A DNA stretch of 63,974 nucleotides, the filler included, from Guillardia theta CCMP2712 (lineage: Eukaryota > Protista > Cryptophyta): NCBI RefSeq assembly GCF_000315625.1. It is 7 parts of 7 records of this genome, joined end to end, with 100 filler letters (N's around TTAATTAATTAA, not from the genome) between each part and the next. Parts side by side here need not be neighbours in the genome. Positions count along the whole stretch, not along the records: positions 51,623 to 62,833 come from NW_005434628.1; positions 62,934 to 63,974 come from NW_005434593.1; 5 more parts are not named here. One strand, 5' to 3'. Positions 51,523-63,974 of the stretch are shown in pieces. The first letter of the stretch is position 1; every line of letters starts with the position of its first letter. Under the pieces are notes generated by a model, which was not told where the DNA came from, did not search any database, and worked only from the letters and a program-made list of their open reading frames with translations. The position numbers and the translations under genes are program-made.

Positions 51523-52935
51523 NNNNNNNNNNNNNNNNNNNNNNNNNNNNNNNNNNNNNNNNNNNNTTAATTAATTAANNNNNNNNNNNNNNNNNNNNNN
51601 NNNNNNNNNNNNNNNNNNNNNNCAAGAAGGTGATGCTCGGTACTGAACCGCCTGCCTCCGTTGGCTGAGAGCTGTCTGCAGGAACTGAAGAAGTTGTGCG
51701 AAGACTGCACAAGGTTCATCGAAGACATCGACAAGGGCGATTAGCCTAGTAGCGGGCCCGCCTGCGCAACCTGACGAGTCTTTACTAGTCTAAAAGTTAC
51801 AGCAATGAAAGATGATTATAGCTTAACTTTGACGGTAGACTGATATGGTAGTACTATTCAAAGTTCACTGACTCAGTGACTCAGTGATATGATCCTGAGT
51901 GACTGAGCGGCTCCCGGCGGGCCCCGGCGGCTCAGTGGGAGTCACTAGTTAGCTCCCTCCCCCGGTGCCGCTGTGGGCCGCCGAACTAGTGCCACCGACT
52001 CAGTCGGACTTGTCGACCCGAGCCATCATCCGACTCGGCTGAGACACCCGCGCCCGGTGTGACCGGCGTGCCGGGCCCGGTTTGATCAGGTTTGAGTCAG
52101 GCTGTATCACGGGCTGCCGGGCCAGGAGTGACCTGACCTCTTCGGAAGTAAACAAATTCAGTCAAATTTCAAACAAGGTTCCCAAGCGAGTCACTGGAGT
52201 GCGTAAGATTAGAGCGAATCGAGCAACATTTTGATTTCATTCATACAAAAGTTCAAATCTGAGAGAAATATTTCAATCGTGTGATGTCTTTCCCATGTGA
52301 CTGCATCCTTACTACACCGTATGTTTTTTACAACAGCACATCGCAAACTCCGCCTCAATTCAAGTATAGAGACATCTGGAAGACAGCTCTAGCATCAAGT
52401 TGACCTTGAAGGTACATGGTTTTCTGCCCCCACTTCTGTCCTCTTGGATTTTTTAGAAATTGTCAGCAGCGGAATCCGTGTCATGGAGTCCGGGTCGGAG
52501 TACTATATCTTCGTCCAGAAGTGTACCCCCACCACCCCTACCTCCTCCCGGATGACAGCTCAATGTGACAGTGATGATTGCTGTAAAGACTGTAGTAAGC
52601 AGTCGGAGAGTACCCCACCCTGCGGTCCAGATATACTGTGAAGGGGTTCACGACGTGATTTACGGTGACAACGCATCGATTCGTATCTCTGAGATTCGAA
52701 TCGACGTGATCTATTGCAGATACCCTACCACCTCTTTTAACAATAATATCACCGGTGTCTTTCTTACTGCACAGACTCCGACTCCTTCTCCCGACTTCTT
52801 ACAGCATACGTACCCTGCAGCCCAATATCATCTTCCAGTCTCCTTCCTCCCTCACATCCTCCTTGCCCCTGCACATCCTCCGCTATCTTCTGTACATCCT
52901 TTGTTTCAGACATCCTTCAATCGCAACATCATACT

Positions 52936-53706
52936 ATGACATCAGGTTTAGAAGCTCATCGACGTAGTCCCAGGACACAACCAATTCAAATCCCGGATCA
53001 TGGAATCTCTCTCAAGCCCAACCAGAACAAGGGCATGCTGGACACGGACTTCCTGAGAGAGCAGCTCGGAAGAGTAGGCAGCATCGGTGACTTGGACTTC
53101 ATGCGGATCCCTTCTGATTTCGGCAACACTGCGAATGATCGCTCAGCATTGAGAATGAATTCTCTGAGAGACGAGATTGAGAACTCTTTCCTCAGCTACA
53201 GCTCTCCCAACTCCTCTCCCCGGAGATCCAGAGATGCTGCTCAGCAGAGCGTTGATCCAAACGAAGATGTTATCTCCGGAAAGCTGGAGCTTCGTGAGGC
53301 AGCGAACGCTGCTTCAGGAATGAGGGTCTTCTGCTCTATCTCCAACAAGGGGCTCTTGCGAATCTTCGAGGGGAAGAGGAGGACTGTGATCGCCGAGCTA
53401 CGACTGGTCGAGACGGTCGTGGGCTACAGGAGGAGCGACACCAGGGGCTTCATCCTGACCAGCAACAAGCGGTTCCTCTTCGATGCCTCCAAAAGCCAGG
53501 AGTGCTTGTATATCCACTGCGACGAAGAGGAGCAGGGGGACTGGCTGGCCGCCATGGTAAAGCTGGGGGCAGCGTCGGTGGAGATGGACGGGGAGGAGGA
53601 GGCGGAGGCTCCCCGGGGGCCGAGAGGAGCACGCGGGACGAGGGAGCGAGGGGAGAGCAAGTCGATGTCGCCCGAGCCTCGAGGGTTCTTGTCGAGATTT
53701 TTGTAG
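52936..53706 (+). CDS. PH-domain-containing protein, single exon
   Basis: ISGKLEL..RVFCSIS..LLRIFE..IAELRL..GFIL..LYIHCDEEEQGDWLAAM fits PH strand/helix order with the terminal-helix Trp. Confidence 0.7.
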   Translation: MTSGLEAHRRSPRTQPIQIPDHGISLKPNQNKGMLDTDFLREQLGRVGSIGDLDFMRIPSDFGNTANDRSALRMNSLRDEIENSFLSYSSPNSSPRRSRDAAQQSVDPNEDVISGKLELREAANAASGMRVFCSISNKGLLRIFEGKRRTVIAELRLVETVVGYRRSDTRGFILTSNKRFLFDASKSQECLYIHCDEEEQGDWLAAMVKLGAASVEMDGEEEAEAPRGPRGARGTRERGESKSMSPEPRGFLSRFL

Positions 53707-54334
53707 AGTTTGTCTCGAATGTTGTGCTGTTACCATCCATTGATGTAGAAATGTCTAGTTACACTGTATTTGAAGCTAATGAATGAAAAACAAGTTGAAT
53801 ATCATCGAGTCGAGCTTCTCCTCCTGGGTTGTTGATATGTCACACAGAATTCACAAGAGTCTTGTTGGATATCGAAACTTAAGGTGGGAGAGAAGAGGAG
53901 GGGAGGTGAAGAGACTCTACAGGAGGAGGCAAGATGAGAAGAAGAGACTGCGAGAGGAGAGGAGATGATTGTCAGCACGGGAAGCTGTTTGAAGAAGGGA
54001 CTGGTGTCTGCGATTGCAAGTGATAGCTCGCCCCGACAAGTTCCGATAGAACAACCTCTCAAGAGGTATATATTTGTTTTTATTGTAAGGTACTAATAGT
54101 TTACTCAAATACTTCAATCGGTACTGGAAAAAGAGTTCGAGGATTCTCGTTCACACTTGAACCCCGGCGACAGGGTACGAGGAGAGTAGAGAGGAGAGGA
54201 GAGGAGGAGAGAGGAGGAGTAGGAGGAGAGGAGAGGAGGAGAAGAAGAGAAGGACAGGAGGAGGAGGAGGAGGAGGTCAGCATGGTGGATCCATTGGAGA
54301 TCTGTTCGAGACAACATCAAGACTAGAGGGGCAA

Positions 54335-54382
54335 GACAGACAGACAGACAGACCACGACCAGACAGACAGACAGACAGAGAA

Positions 54383-54438
<56 letters not shown>
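54335..54438. repeat. (GACA)n microsatellite just upstream of the BASS4-like gene
   Basis: Direct reading. Confidence 0.9.
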
Positions 54439-54441
<3 letters not shown>

Positions 54442-54466
54442 GCAGCGTCAGGGAGAAGCGCTAAGG

Positions 54467-57035
54467 ATGGTCCTCTTGAAGCTTGCGGCATTTACCCTCT
54501 GCTCCTTGACTTCGCTGCCATCCTCTCATGGTTTGATCTCCTTCATGCTCGCCTACTTGCTGATGAAGCTGCAGGTTTGGTTGTGTCGGGGGCTGCCGTG
54601 GGGGCTGCGGCCTCCCCCCTCCCCCTCCCCCTGGTCTTAGAGCGCACTCCCGCTCGCACGACGATGTTGTTGGAAGCTCGAGGAGACATAGGTGCTTCGT
54701 CGCACTGCATGCACAACGAGGAGGAGGAGGAGGAGGAGGAGGAGGAGGAGGGCTGGACGACATGCCGCGCGTGGATCGATGGGCATTTGTGCGTCGTCGG
54801 GTGAAGGAGCAGCTCCTTCCTATCGGGCTTCTCCTCGCTATCACCGTCGGGATCATGTTCCCTTCCTTGGGGGTTGCAGCAGGGAAATTCGCGGTGACCA
54901 ACTACCTCGCAGGTGCATGGGAGAGGAGGAGGAAGGGAAGGAAAGGAATGAGGGGCGGAGGAAAGGAGGACGGCAAGGAGGACGGCAAGGAGAGAAGGGA
55001 GGACGGAGAGAAGGACGGAGAGGATGACAGAGGGAAGGAGGGAGGGAGAGCACGGGGGGGGTGAAGGGACGGAGGGCGCGTCTGAGCATGGGTGCAGCCG
55101 GCATCTTCTTCATCGGGGGGATGAAACTGAGGACGGAGGAGGCGAGGAATGCTCTCAACAACCTCCCAGCCATTCTGTGGGGGACCTGTAGCATCCTCCT
55201 CGTCTCCGCTGTGCTGGGGACACGCGTGAATAACGTCTTCCCCCTCACTGTACGCCGAGTCTCCTCCTACCCCCCTGCCTCCCAGCCCCTCTTCTCCCCC
55301 CACTCACTTCCCCTTCCTCTTCAAACTTTGTTCTCCTCCTTTCTTACAACGTCACTCTACCTCCCTCCCTCCTCTCCCTCCCTCCTCTCCCTCCCTCCTT
55401 TCCCTCCTTCCATCCCTCTTCCCATCCATCCCATCTCGCCATGTGACGCAGGTTCGCAGGTGCCAGAGTTTTCTCTGGGGATTGCCTTGTTTGTCTGCAT
55501 GCCCTGCACCATCAACAGCGGAGCTGCGCTGGCTGCTCAGTCAGGAGGGAACTTCGCGCTCGCTCTCCTCCTCACGCTCATCTCCAGGTACCCTTGCGCC
55601 TCCCCCCTCCCCCTCCCCCCTCCCCCCTCTTCTGCCCCTTTCTGTTCTTACCTCTTTCTCCCTTTCCTATCTGTTTCTTCCTCCTGCCCCCTGCCTGTTT
55701 CCTCCTCCGTCTGCTCCTCCGTCTGCTCCTCCTCCATCCTTCATCCTTCATCCTTCCTCTTTATCCCGACTTCCTCCTTCATCCTTGACCATCCTTTGCT
55801 CCTGCCCCTTCATCATCTCTTCTATTTGTTATCGTTCCCTGTTGTAGTTGCCTTCTCGCTCCCCTTTCCCACCACTTTCGTCCCCCTTCACCCATCCCCT
55901 TTCCTCCTATCCCCTCCCTCTCCCCTTTCAGACCTCCCCACTGCCGTGTCACAATGAAACCGCAACTTTGCCTTTCGCTCCATTCTCTCTCCACTGCATC
56001 TTTCCTCCCTCTTCCTCTCCTCTCCTCTCCTCTTCTCTCCTCCACTCGCTTCCTCCCTCTTCCTCTCCTCTCCTCTCCTCTCCTCTTCTCTCCTCCATGC
56101 CTGATCATGCTCCTCTCATCAGCATCCTGGGAGTATTCGTCGTGCCTTTCCTGCTCAACAACTTGACCTACTTCGGGGCATCGGTGTCCCTCCCTATCAA
56201 GGAGATGGTGAAGACAAAGATCGCATGCTCCCTGCCTTAGATTGTTGACCGCAGGTTGTCAAACTCTGTACGACTGTCTTGCTCCCGTTGTTCCTCGGCA
56301 AAGGTGTCTCTTTGCTCCCCGCTCGAACCCCTCCCCCCCCCTCTTCCCACTGAGATGCCGTATATCCCACCCCTCCCGCATCCTGCCCCATCCTTCCTCC
56401 CTCTCCTTTCTCCCTCCTGTCTCTTTCTCCCTCCTGCTCTCTTGTCCTTCTCTCCAGCTTCCTGCCGCCATCTTCTGCCATCCTCCTCCCATGTTCCTCT
56501 TCCTCTTCCTCTCCGTCCCTCCACCTTCTCGCAGCTGACACCGCCCAGGCCTCGTCGTAGCCTCCAAGACAGTGAAGGTGAGGACAAGCTTCTGAAAAGT
56601 CCAGCTGAAGGGGAGCAGGGAGAGGTGAAGAGGAGGGGAGAGCTGCTGGGGTTGGTCAGCAACGTTCTCATCATCATGACCCCCTGGATTCAAATCAGCC
56701 GCTCAGCTCAGCGAGACGTCTTCTCAGCCGTCACCCCAGCTGAACTGTTGGTGTGAGGAGGAGGAGGGAAGGGAGGGGAGGGGAGAGGGTTAGAGGGGGA
56801 GAGGAGGAGGCGAGGGCGAGGAGGAGGAGGAGGAGGAGGAGGAGGAGGAGAAATTGGAGAAGAGGAAGAGGATGTTCTGCCGGTTTTCTGGTTCCTCTCT
56901 CTCAGTCCTCTCTTCGTCTTCTCGTCACCTTCTTCTCCTTTTCCTCCCTCATGCTTTTCTTCAGGCTGTGGTCTCTCTTGGCTCCTTCATTCACATCATC
57001 TTCCTCATCATGAACTTCTTGGTCTCGGGGATGCT
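54467..57035 (+). CDS. Sodium/metabolite (bile acid:Na+ symporter-like) transporter, BASS4/SLC10A7 type; 3' part in gap
   Basis: KEQLLPIGLLLAITVGIMFPSLG, GIFFIGGMKLRTEE, GIALFVCMPCTINSGAALAAQSGGNFALALLLT, ILGVFVVPF, TVLLPLFLGK, PWIQISRS. Confidence 0.88.
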
Positions 57036-57073
57036 AAGTAAGAGATCTTCCTCCTCCTCCTCCTCCTCCCTCC

Positions 57074-57158
<85 letters not shown>

Positions 57159-58060
57159 NNNNNNNNNNNNNNNNNNNNNNNNNNNNNNNNNNNNNNNNNN
57201 NNNNNNNNNNNNNNNNNNNNNNNNNNNNNNNNNNNNNNNNNNNNNNNNNNNNNNNNNNNNNNNNNNNNNNNNNNNNNNNNNNNNNNNNNNNNNNNNNNNN
57301 NNNNNNNNNNNNNNNNNNNNNNNNNNNNNNNNNNNNNNNNNNNNNNNNNNNNNNNNNNNNNNNNNNNNNNNNNNNNNNNNNNNNNNNNNNNNNNNNNNNN
57401 NNNNNNNNNNNNNNNNNNNNNNNNNNNNNNNNNNNNNNNNNNNNNNNNNNNNNNNNNNNNNNNNNNNNNNNNNNNNNNNNNNNNNNNNNNNNNNNNNNNN
57501 NNNNNNNNNNNNNNNNNNNNNNNNNNNNNNNNNNNNNNNNNNNNNNNNNNNNNNNNNNNNNNNNNNNNNNNNNNNNNNNNNNNNNNNNNNNNNNNNNNNN
57601 NNNNNNNNNNNNNNNNNNNNNNNNNNNNNNNNNNNNNNNNNNNNNNNNNNNNNNNNNNNNNNNNNNNNNNNNNNNNNNNNNNNNNNNNNNNNNNNNNNNN
57701 NNNNNNNNNNNNNNNNNNNNNNNNNNNNNNNNNNNNNNNNNNNNNNNNNNNNNNNNNNNNNNNNNNNNNNNNNNNNNNNNNNNNNNNNNNNNNNNNNNNN
57801 NNNNNNNNNNNNNNNNNNNNNNNNNNNNNNNNNNNNNNNNNNNNNNNNNNNNNNNNNNNNNNNNNNNNNNNNNNNNNNNNNNNNNNAGGAGAGGAGAGGA
57901 GAGGAAGAGAGTGAGATGATGCTGCAGAGCGTGCATCCTCGGGCACTTCAAGGGAGATTGCAAGGGAAAAGAGTGAGTCTGAGTAAGAAATATGACGACT
58001 CATCCCGTTGTAGACAGCTTCATCGTGGGAATTAAAGAGTGTGAAGAGAGGATGAGAAGC

Positions 58061-58117
<57 letters not shown>

Positions 58118-58266
58118 GAGTACGAGGAGAAAGACGAGGAGCAAAGGAGGATGCAGTGAGGGGCTTTGGGTGTGTATGACAACAACAAGACGACAGTGAT
58201 GGTGCGAGAGGAGCAGGAGCAGGAGCAGGAGCAGGGGCAGGAGAAGGAGCAGGGGCAGGGGCAGGG

Positions 58267-58314
<48 letters not shown>

Positions 58315-58559
58315 TGCATTTCGACATGTTTGTTCATCATTATGAAGGTCTCACTCGATCTGAAGGTCTCACTCGATCTTCTCGCCCTGTGAAGACAGCA
58401 GAGTAAGAATCCTTCCCATCCTCCCCTCCATAAAATCCTCCCTCCCCTCCCCTCCCTCCCTTCATCCATTCCCCCTGCTTCCTTCCTTCCCAAATCTCCC
58501 TCCTCCTCCTCCCCCTCCTCCTCCTCCTCCTACTACTACTACTACTACTACTACTACTT

Positions 58560-59947
58560 ACCTTGGGAACAAACTTGAGTGCAGCTGCGTTGATGCAGTA
58601 GCGCTTCCCTGTCGGCTCAGGTCCGTCCGGAAAGACCTGGGGAGAGAGTGAGGAGCAGGAAGAGATAACAAAAAGAAGCAGAGAAGGAGGAGGAGGAGGA
58701 GGAGCAGGGAAGGAGAAGGACGAGCAGGGAATGAGGAGGACGAGGAGGAGGACGAGGAGAAGGAGGACGAGGAGAAGGAGGACGAGGAGACTGGAGGAGG
58801 GAGAATACGAAGGAAGAGAAGAATGGTGATGTTAAGATCGAGGGGAGGACTGTAGAAAGAGGAAGGAAGAAGGGGGAGGAGGTAGAAGGAGAGCAGAGCA
58901 GAGAAGGGAGAAAGCTGCGAGTCACGTACATGGCCGAGATGAGCTCCGGTCCTTGCGCAGAGAACCTCAACCCTTGTCATGCCTGCTGAGAAGATCAGAG
59001 AGCGGAGGAGAAGGAGAGGGAGGAAGAGGAAGAAGAGTTGGGGAGCGGGGAAGGCAAGTAGAGAGGAGAGGGAGGAGAGTCTGGGAGGAAGGGCTCGAGC
59101 TGATTGAGGACGAGCAAGAGGAGGGGCCAACCAGCTGATGTGTCGATGCGCTCAATGACGTGATCGGGGTCAACCTGACAAGATTTGAGGGAGAAGATCG
59201 CAACAGCGAGGGTAACATGAGGGGGCAGCGGAGGAGGAGGAAGAGGAGGAGGAGGAGGAGGAGGAGGAGGAGCAGCAGCAGCAGCAGCAGCACCAGCAGG
59301 GTGGGAGGAGAAGCAGGAGGAGGGAGGAGAAGCAGGAGAAGGAAATATCTTACAGGTTGAAAGAAACTTGGCCACCCGGTCCCACTGTCATACTTGTGCT
59401 CTATCCAACGGGTTAGGATGCGGAGAAAACTCGAGAAGGAGAAGACAAGAGGAGGAGGAGGAGGAGGAGGAGACCAGAGCAGGAGACCAGAGCAGGAGGA
59501 GACTAGAGGAGGAGGGCTTTTCAAGTCGCCTGCTCATGTACCCGATGAGAACAGAGGGAGTCCTCCTACAGCACAGACGTAAGTCCCCTGCTCTTTGCTG
59601 TCGTAGCTTGTCCCTGCCTCGGGTGTCAGGTTCTGCTGCCGAGCCTCTTCCTCCCTACCGTCCACCGTCTTTCCCGTAAACGCCATCTCAGTGCCGTGGC
59701 TGAAGACGACTCGCTTCGTGATCTCCCCATATCCCTTGCTCTGCCGACTCGATGAGAGGGGAGGAGAGGAGGAGGAGGAGCTGGTGGTGGTGATGCAGGC
59801 AGAGGTGGAGCAGGAAGAGCAGGGGCAAGAGCAGAAAGGAGAGGGAGAGGCAAGCCGGGAGCAGGGAACAATTGAAGGCTCACATTCGCTTCAGTGAACT
59901 GATCTTCCAAGGGAACGCGCTCGAGAGAAAATCCCGAGGAGGAGACC
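58560..59947 (-). CDS. msrB: Methionine-R-sulfoxide reductase (MsrB) domain exons
   Basis: [80 protein letters not shown]. Confidence 0.93.
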
Positions 59948-60261
59948 TGCAAGAACTTGAGAAAGAGAAGAAGAAGAAGAGAGGAGGAGAGGAGGCGACG
60001 AGGCGACGAGGAGGAGGTGAGAATATAGAAGAGAAAGCAGTGAGGAGGGGAAAAGAAGAAGGGACGGGAATGGCGAAGAAGGAAGCAGGAAGAAAGAAGA
60101 AGTGNNNNNNNNNNNNNNNNNNNNNNNNNNNNNNNNNNNNNNNNNNNNNNNNNNNNNNNNNNNNNNNNNNNNNNNNNNNNNNNNNNNNNNNNNNNNNNNN
60201 NNNNGCGAGAACCAATGGCAGGAATTAGATAAGGACGATGAGCAGCAGCTGCTGCAGAGGA

Positions 60262-60352
<91 letters not shown>

Positions 60353-60405
60353 TGAAGAGGGGGAGGAGGAGGAGGAGGAGGAGCAGCAGCAGCAGCAGCA
60401 GCTTA

Positions 60406-61117
60406 CATCTGGTGGGATCGTTCCTGACGCAACTTTGAGGAGGAGGCTGTCGGATCTCTGACCAAAGGCTTCCTCGGGCTTGAAAACCTCTTTTCTCCTC
60501 TCCCCCACCTCCATCTCCTGCACCACTCGCTCTATGCCAGGAATCACTTCCTGCAGCCCCACCGTGAACTCAAACCTAGGACATGCTGTCAGCCTGTCGT
60601 GGTGGAGGAGCAGCAGGAAAAGCAGAAGCAGGACCAAGAGAATCGCCAGGTCGAAGAAGAAGAAAGACAACGAAGAAATGGTGGAGAAAGAAAACATCGG
60701 AGAACGAGAACATGATGGTCGAGAAGGACGAGCACAAGGACGAGGGTGTGGAAGTGGAGGAGAAGACATGGTGTAGTACGAAGACTTACGGCTTCATCTT
60801 CGTCCTCGACGAGTCGAACTCAGTTCCATCTTGCCTTCTCGCAGTGTAGTGGATCTTCACTCGGTCCCACACGTTCACCTTCATCTCCAGCATCCCTCCA
60901 GCTGGCCTTACACCGCAGGCCCGCTTCGTGGGGGCCTGTTGCCCCGCAAACTCCTTCCCACGCTCACGAACGCTGCTGTCTGCCTGCGGAGAGAGTCTTC
61001 TTGGCTCACTCCTCTTCCTTGCTCTCCTCCCATCCTCATCATGTTCATGCCGCCTCCTGGTGCCCCCGCTGCCGCCGCCGCTGCCATGGTCACAAGCGCT
61101 AAGCGCAGGATCCGCAT
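60406..61117 (-). CDS. FKBP-type PPIase (SlyD/FkpB-like) exons with N-terminal signal peptide; probably the same gene as the MsrB exons
   Basis: DRVKIHYTARRQDGTEFDSSR..P/FEFTVGLQEVIPGIERVVQEMEVGERRKEVFKPEEAFGQR. Confidence 0.85.
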
Positions 61118-61345
61118 GTTCTGTGGAATGTCGAAGTTACCACCCCAGTCATGACAGTGACTACCCCTTGTTTTAGAACCATCTGTAAAGAATTTCCAAC
61201 ACAATGTTGTACCCTACCTTATGACCACATAAATATGGGGTGATAAGATGCATACCAGCGCACATACCCCCTGCTTTCGTGACCTCTGTACAGTACCACC
61301 CCATCGTGAATCACCCCTACCCCACCCTTGGAATCAGCTCCTTGT

Positions 61346-62645
61346 ATGTCGCCATGGCGCTGCTTGGCGCTTGCCATGGTCTGTAGCGCCTGCGCCGTGC
61401 GAGCAGAGGTGAAGAGGACGCTCAGCTCTACTGCTCTCCTTCCCGCCTTCTCCTCCTCCCTCCTCCTCCCTCCTCCTCGGCTGCTCCCGCTCTCCTACGG
61501 CTCCCACCTTGCCATCGGATCCTCTGTCCTCGCAGCCGGACGCCTCCACGCTCCTCCTCCTCGTCCTCCTCGTCGCCTCTTCTCAAGTTTCCCTCAGATG
61601 AGTGAGCTGGGCAAGAAATCCACAGCCAAGCAGGTCATCGAGCACTTCCGCTCCGACCTCACGGGCCGCACCGCCATCGTCACCGGAGGAAACAAGGGGA
61701 TCGGCCTTGAAACATGCAAGGCCCTCATGAGCGCTGGTTGCCGCGTGATCATGGCGGCAAGGGACAAGCAGAGTGGAGAGGAAGCAGTGCAGAGGGAAAT
61801 CAAGAATCCTGGGCTGGGAGGATACGCGGTCGCTAACCCCAACTACGATGTCCTTGAGCTGGACCTGTCCGACCTGTCCTCCGTGAAGAAGTTTGCGGAC
61901 GAGGTGCTGGCAAGGGAGGAGAGGATCGACTTGCTCGTCCTCAACGCAGGCGTCATGGCGACTCCCAAGACCTACACCAAGTCGAACTTCGAGCTCCAGC
62001 TCGGGGTCAACCACTTCGGACACTTCTACCTTACCCAGCTGCTTCTCCCAAAAATGAAGTCCCAGCAGCACCCGAGCAGGGTCGTCACCCTCTCGTCAGT
62101 TGCCCACACCATGATCAAGAACGTGGACCTCACGGACCTTCACTACACCCGGGGCAGGAAGTACTCCGCATGGAACGCGTACGCACAGTCGAAGCTTGCC
62201 AACATCCTCTTCGCCCGAGGGCTGCACGCGCGGCTGCTTCAGGAGGAAGGGAACAAGGTGACTTCGCTAGCAGTGCATCCTGGAGTCATCGGGACAGACC
62301 TGTGGAGGCACCAGGGAGGCTGGCTGAGGAAGTTTGTCATGCCCCTCTTCCTCAAGGACAAGAGTATCCCACAGGTCCTTTCCCTGAGCTCCTTCACCAG
62401 TGACCCTCCACCTCGCTCCATGCGCTCCTCCTCCCTCTTGCACGCCTCTTCTTTCATCCTCCCCTTTCATCCTCCCTTTTCCGCCTCTCCCTCCCTCCTC
62501 TCCTTCGCTCTCCCCATCCTCCCTCCCTCTGAACATACTTCCTACCCCCCTCATGCGTCTCCAGGGAGCTGCAACGACGCTCTTCGCCTGCTTGTCACCT
62601 GATCTTGAGGGCCTCAAAGGAGGAGTTTACCTATCGGACTGCAAG
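61346..62645 (+). CDS. Short-chain dehydrogenase/reductase, retinol-dehydrogenase/TIC32/WWOX-like, with N-terminal leader
   Basis: TAIVTGGNKGIG, LDLSDLSSV, LVLNAGVM, FELQLGVNHFGHFYLT, YAQSKLANILF, VHPGVIGT, KSIPQ/GAATT. Confidence 0.95.
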
Positions 62646-63229
62646 GTGACCTGCTCCTCTACTCCCGCATCCCGCCCAGAACAAATACATACACACTTCT
62701 CCTCCTCCTCTCTTTCCCCTCCTCCTCTCTTTCACCCTCCCTTCCTCCCCGTTGTCGTCCTTGTTCTCTGTTCTTCCATCTCAAACTTCCCTCCTCCCTC
62801 CACCCTGCAGCCGATCTACGATTGGGAGGATGCNNNNNNNNNNNNNNNNNNNNNNNNNNNNNNNNNNNNNNNNNNNNTTAATTAATTAANNNNNNNNNNN
62901 NNNNNNNNNNNNNNNNNNNNNNNNNNNNNNNNNCTCCTCGTCCTCCTCCTCCTCCTCCTCCTCCTCCTCCTCCTCCTCCTCCTCCTCCTCCTTCTCCTCC
63001 TCCTACTCCTCCTCCTTCCTCCTTCTACTCCTCCTCCTTCCTCCTTCCTCCTCCTACTCCTACTCCTACTCCTACTACTACTACTACTACTCTCGTTCCC
63101 ATCCTCCTCTCTTCCTTCAACTCCTTCCCTTCTCTCCTGTCTTCCCTCGTATCATAATCTTCCGTATCACGCCTTCAATCTCGCTTGCCCCTCCTCTGCC
63201 CTCGATCACCTTCTTCTAGCCAGCTTGCA

Positions 63230-63692
<463 letters not shown>

Positions 63693-63821
63693 GTGAGTGC
63701 GGAGGAGTTTGTGGGAAGAGGCAGGACGATGGTAATGAGGAGGAGGAGGGAGGAGGATCATGATGGGATGAAGAAGAACGGAAACAAGCAGGAAATTGAC
63801 GATGACGACAACAACAAGAAC

Positions 63822-63914
<93 letters not shown>

Positions 63915-63974
63915 GACGTCCATGCTGACTTCACATGGTAACGATGATGATGTTGCAGATGAATCGCTGGATAT

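Overview
Eukaryotic (algal) nuclear DNA made of seven probably unlinked scaffold pieces joined by artificial N-TTAATTAATTAA-N linkers (5630, 14449, 19699, 49740, 51567, 62878), so gene order across the linkers means nothing. Short spliceosomal introns alongside microsatellite-filled introns, bipartite signal/transit peptides and the gene content fit a cryptophyte such as Guillardia or Hanusia; that taxonomic call is inference only. Recognisable host genes: SHAQKYF-class MYB, hemL/GSA 3' exons, a voltage-gated K+ channel, a cyclic-nucleotide phosphodiesterase, RTRAF/C14orf166, a beta-helix protein, a phytochelatin-synthase-like protein, PLAC8-ankyrin, a bacterial-type nucleotide-sugar dehydrogenase, a PH-domain protein, a BASS4-like transporter, FKBP plus MsrB exons and an SDR. 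The standout is the end of an apparently recent endogenous DNA-virus-like element (about 44694 to beyond 49695). It cuts a host PLOD-like glycosyltransferase ORF, has a highly structured 1.2-kb non-coding end (75-bp tandem repeats that resemble the junction, palindromes, inverted repeats) and encodes an intronless fibre-like protein of roughly 1,100 aa or more (repeats, LamG-like region, collagen stretch, phage-tail motif). Also notable: a decayed Crinkler/RHS-type NTPase plus REase gene, a PCS lacking its catalytic Cys, a probable FKBP-MsrB fusion and a mosaic tandem array of a small orphan gene. All exon boundaries were read by hand and are approximate.
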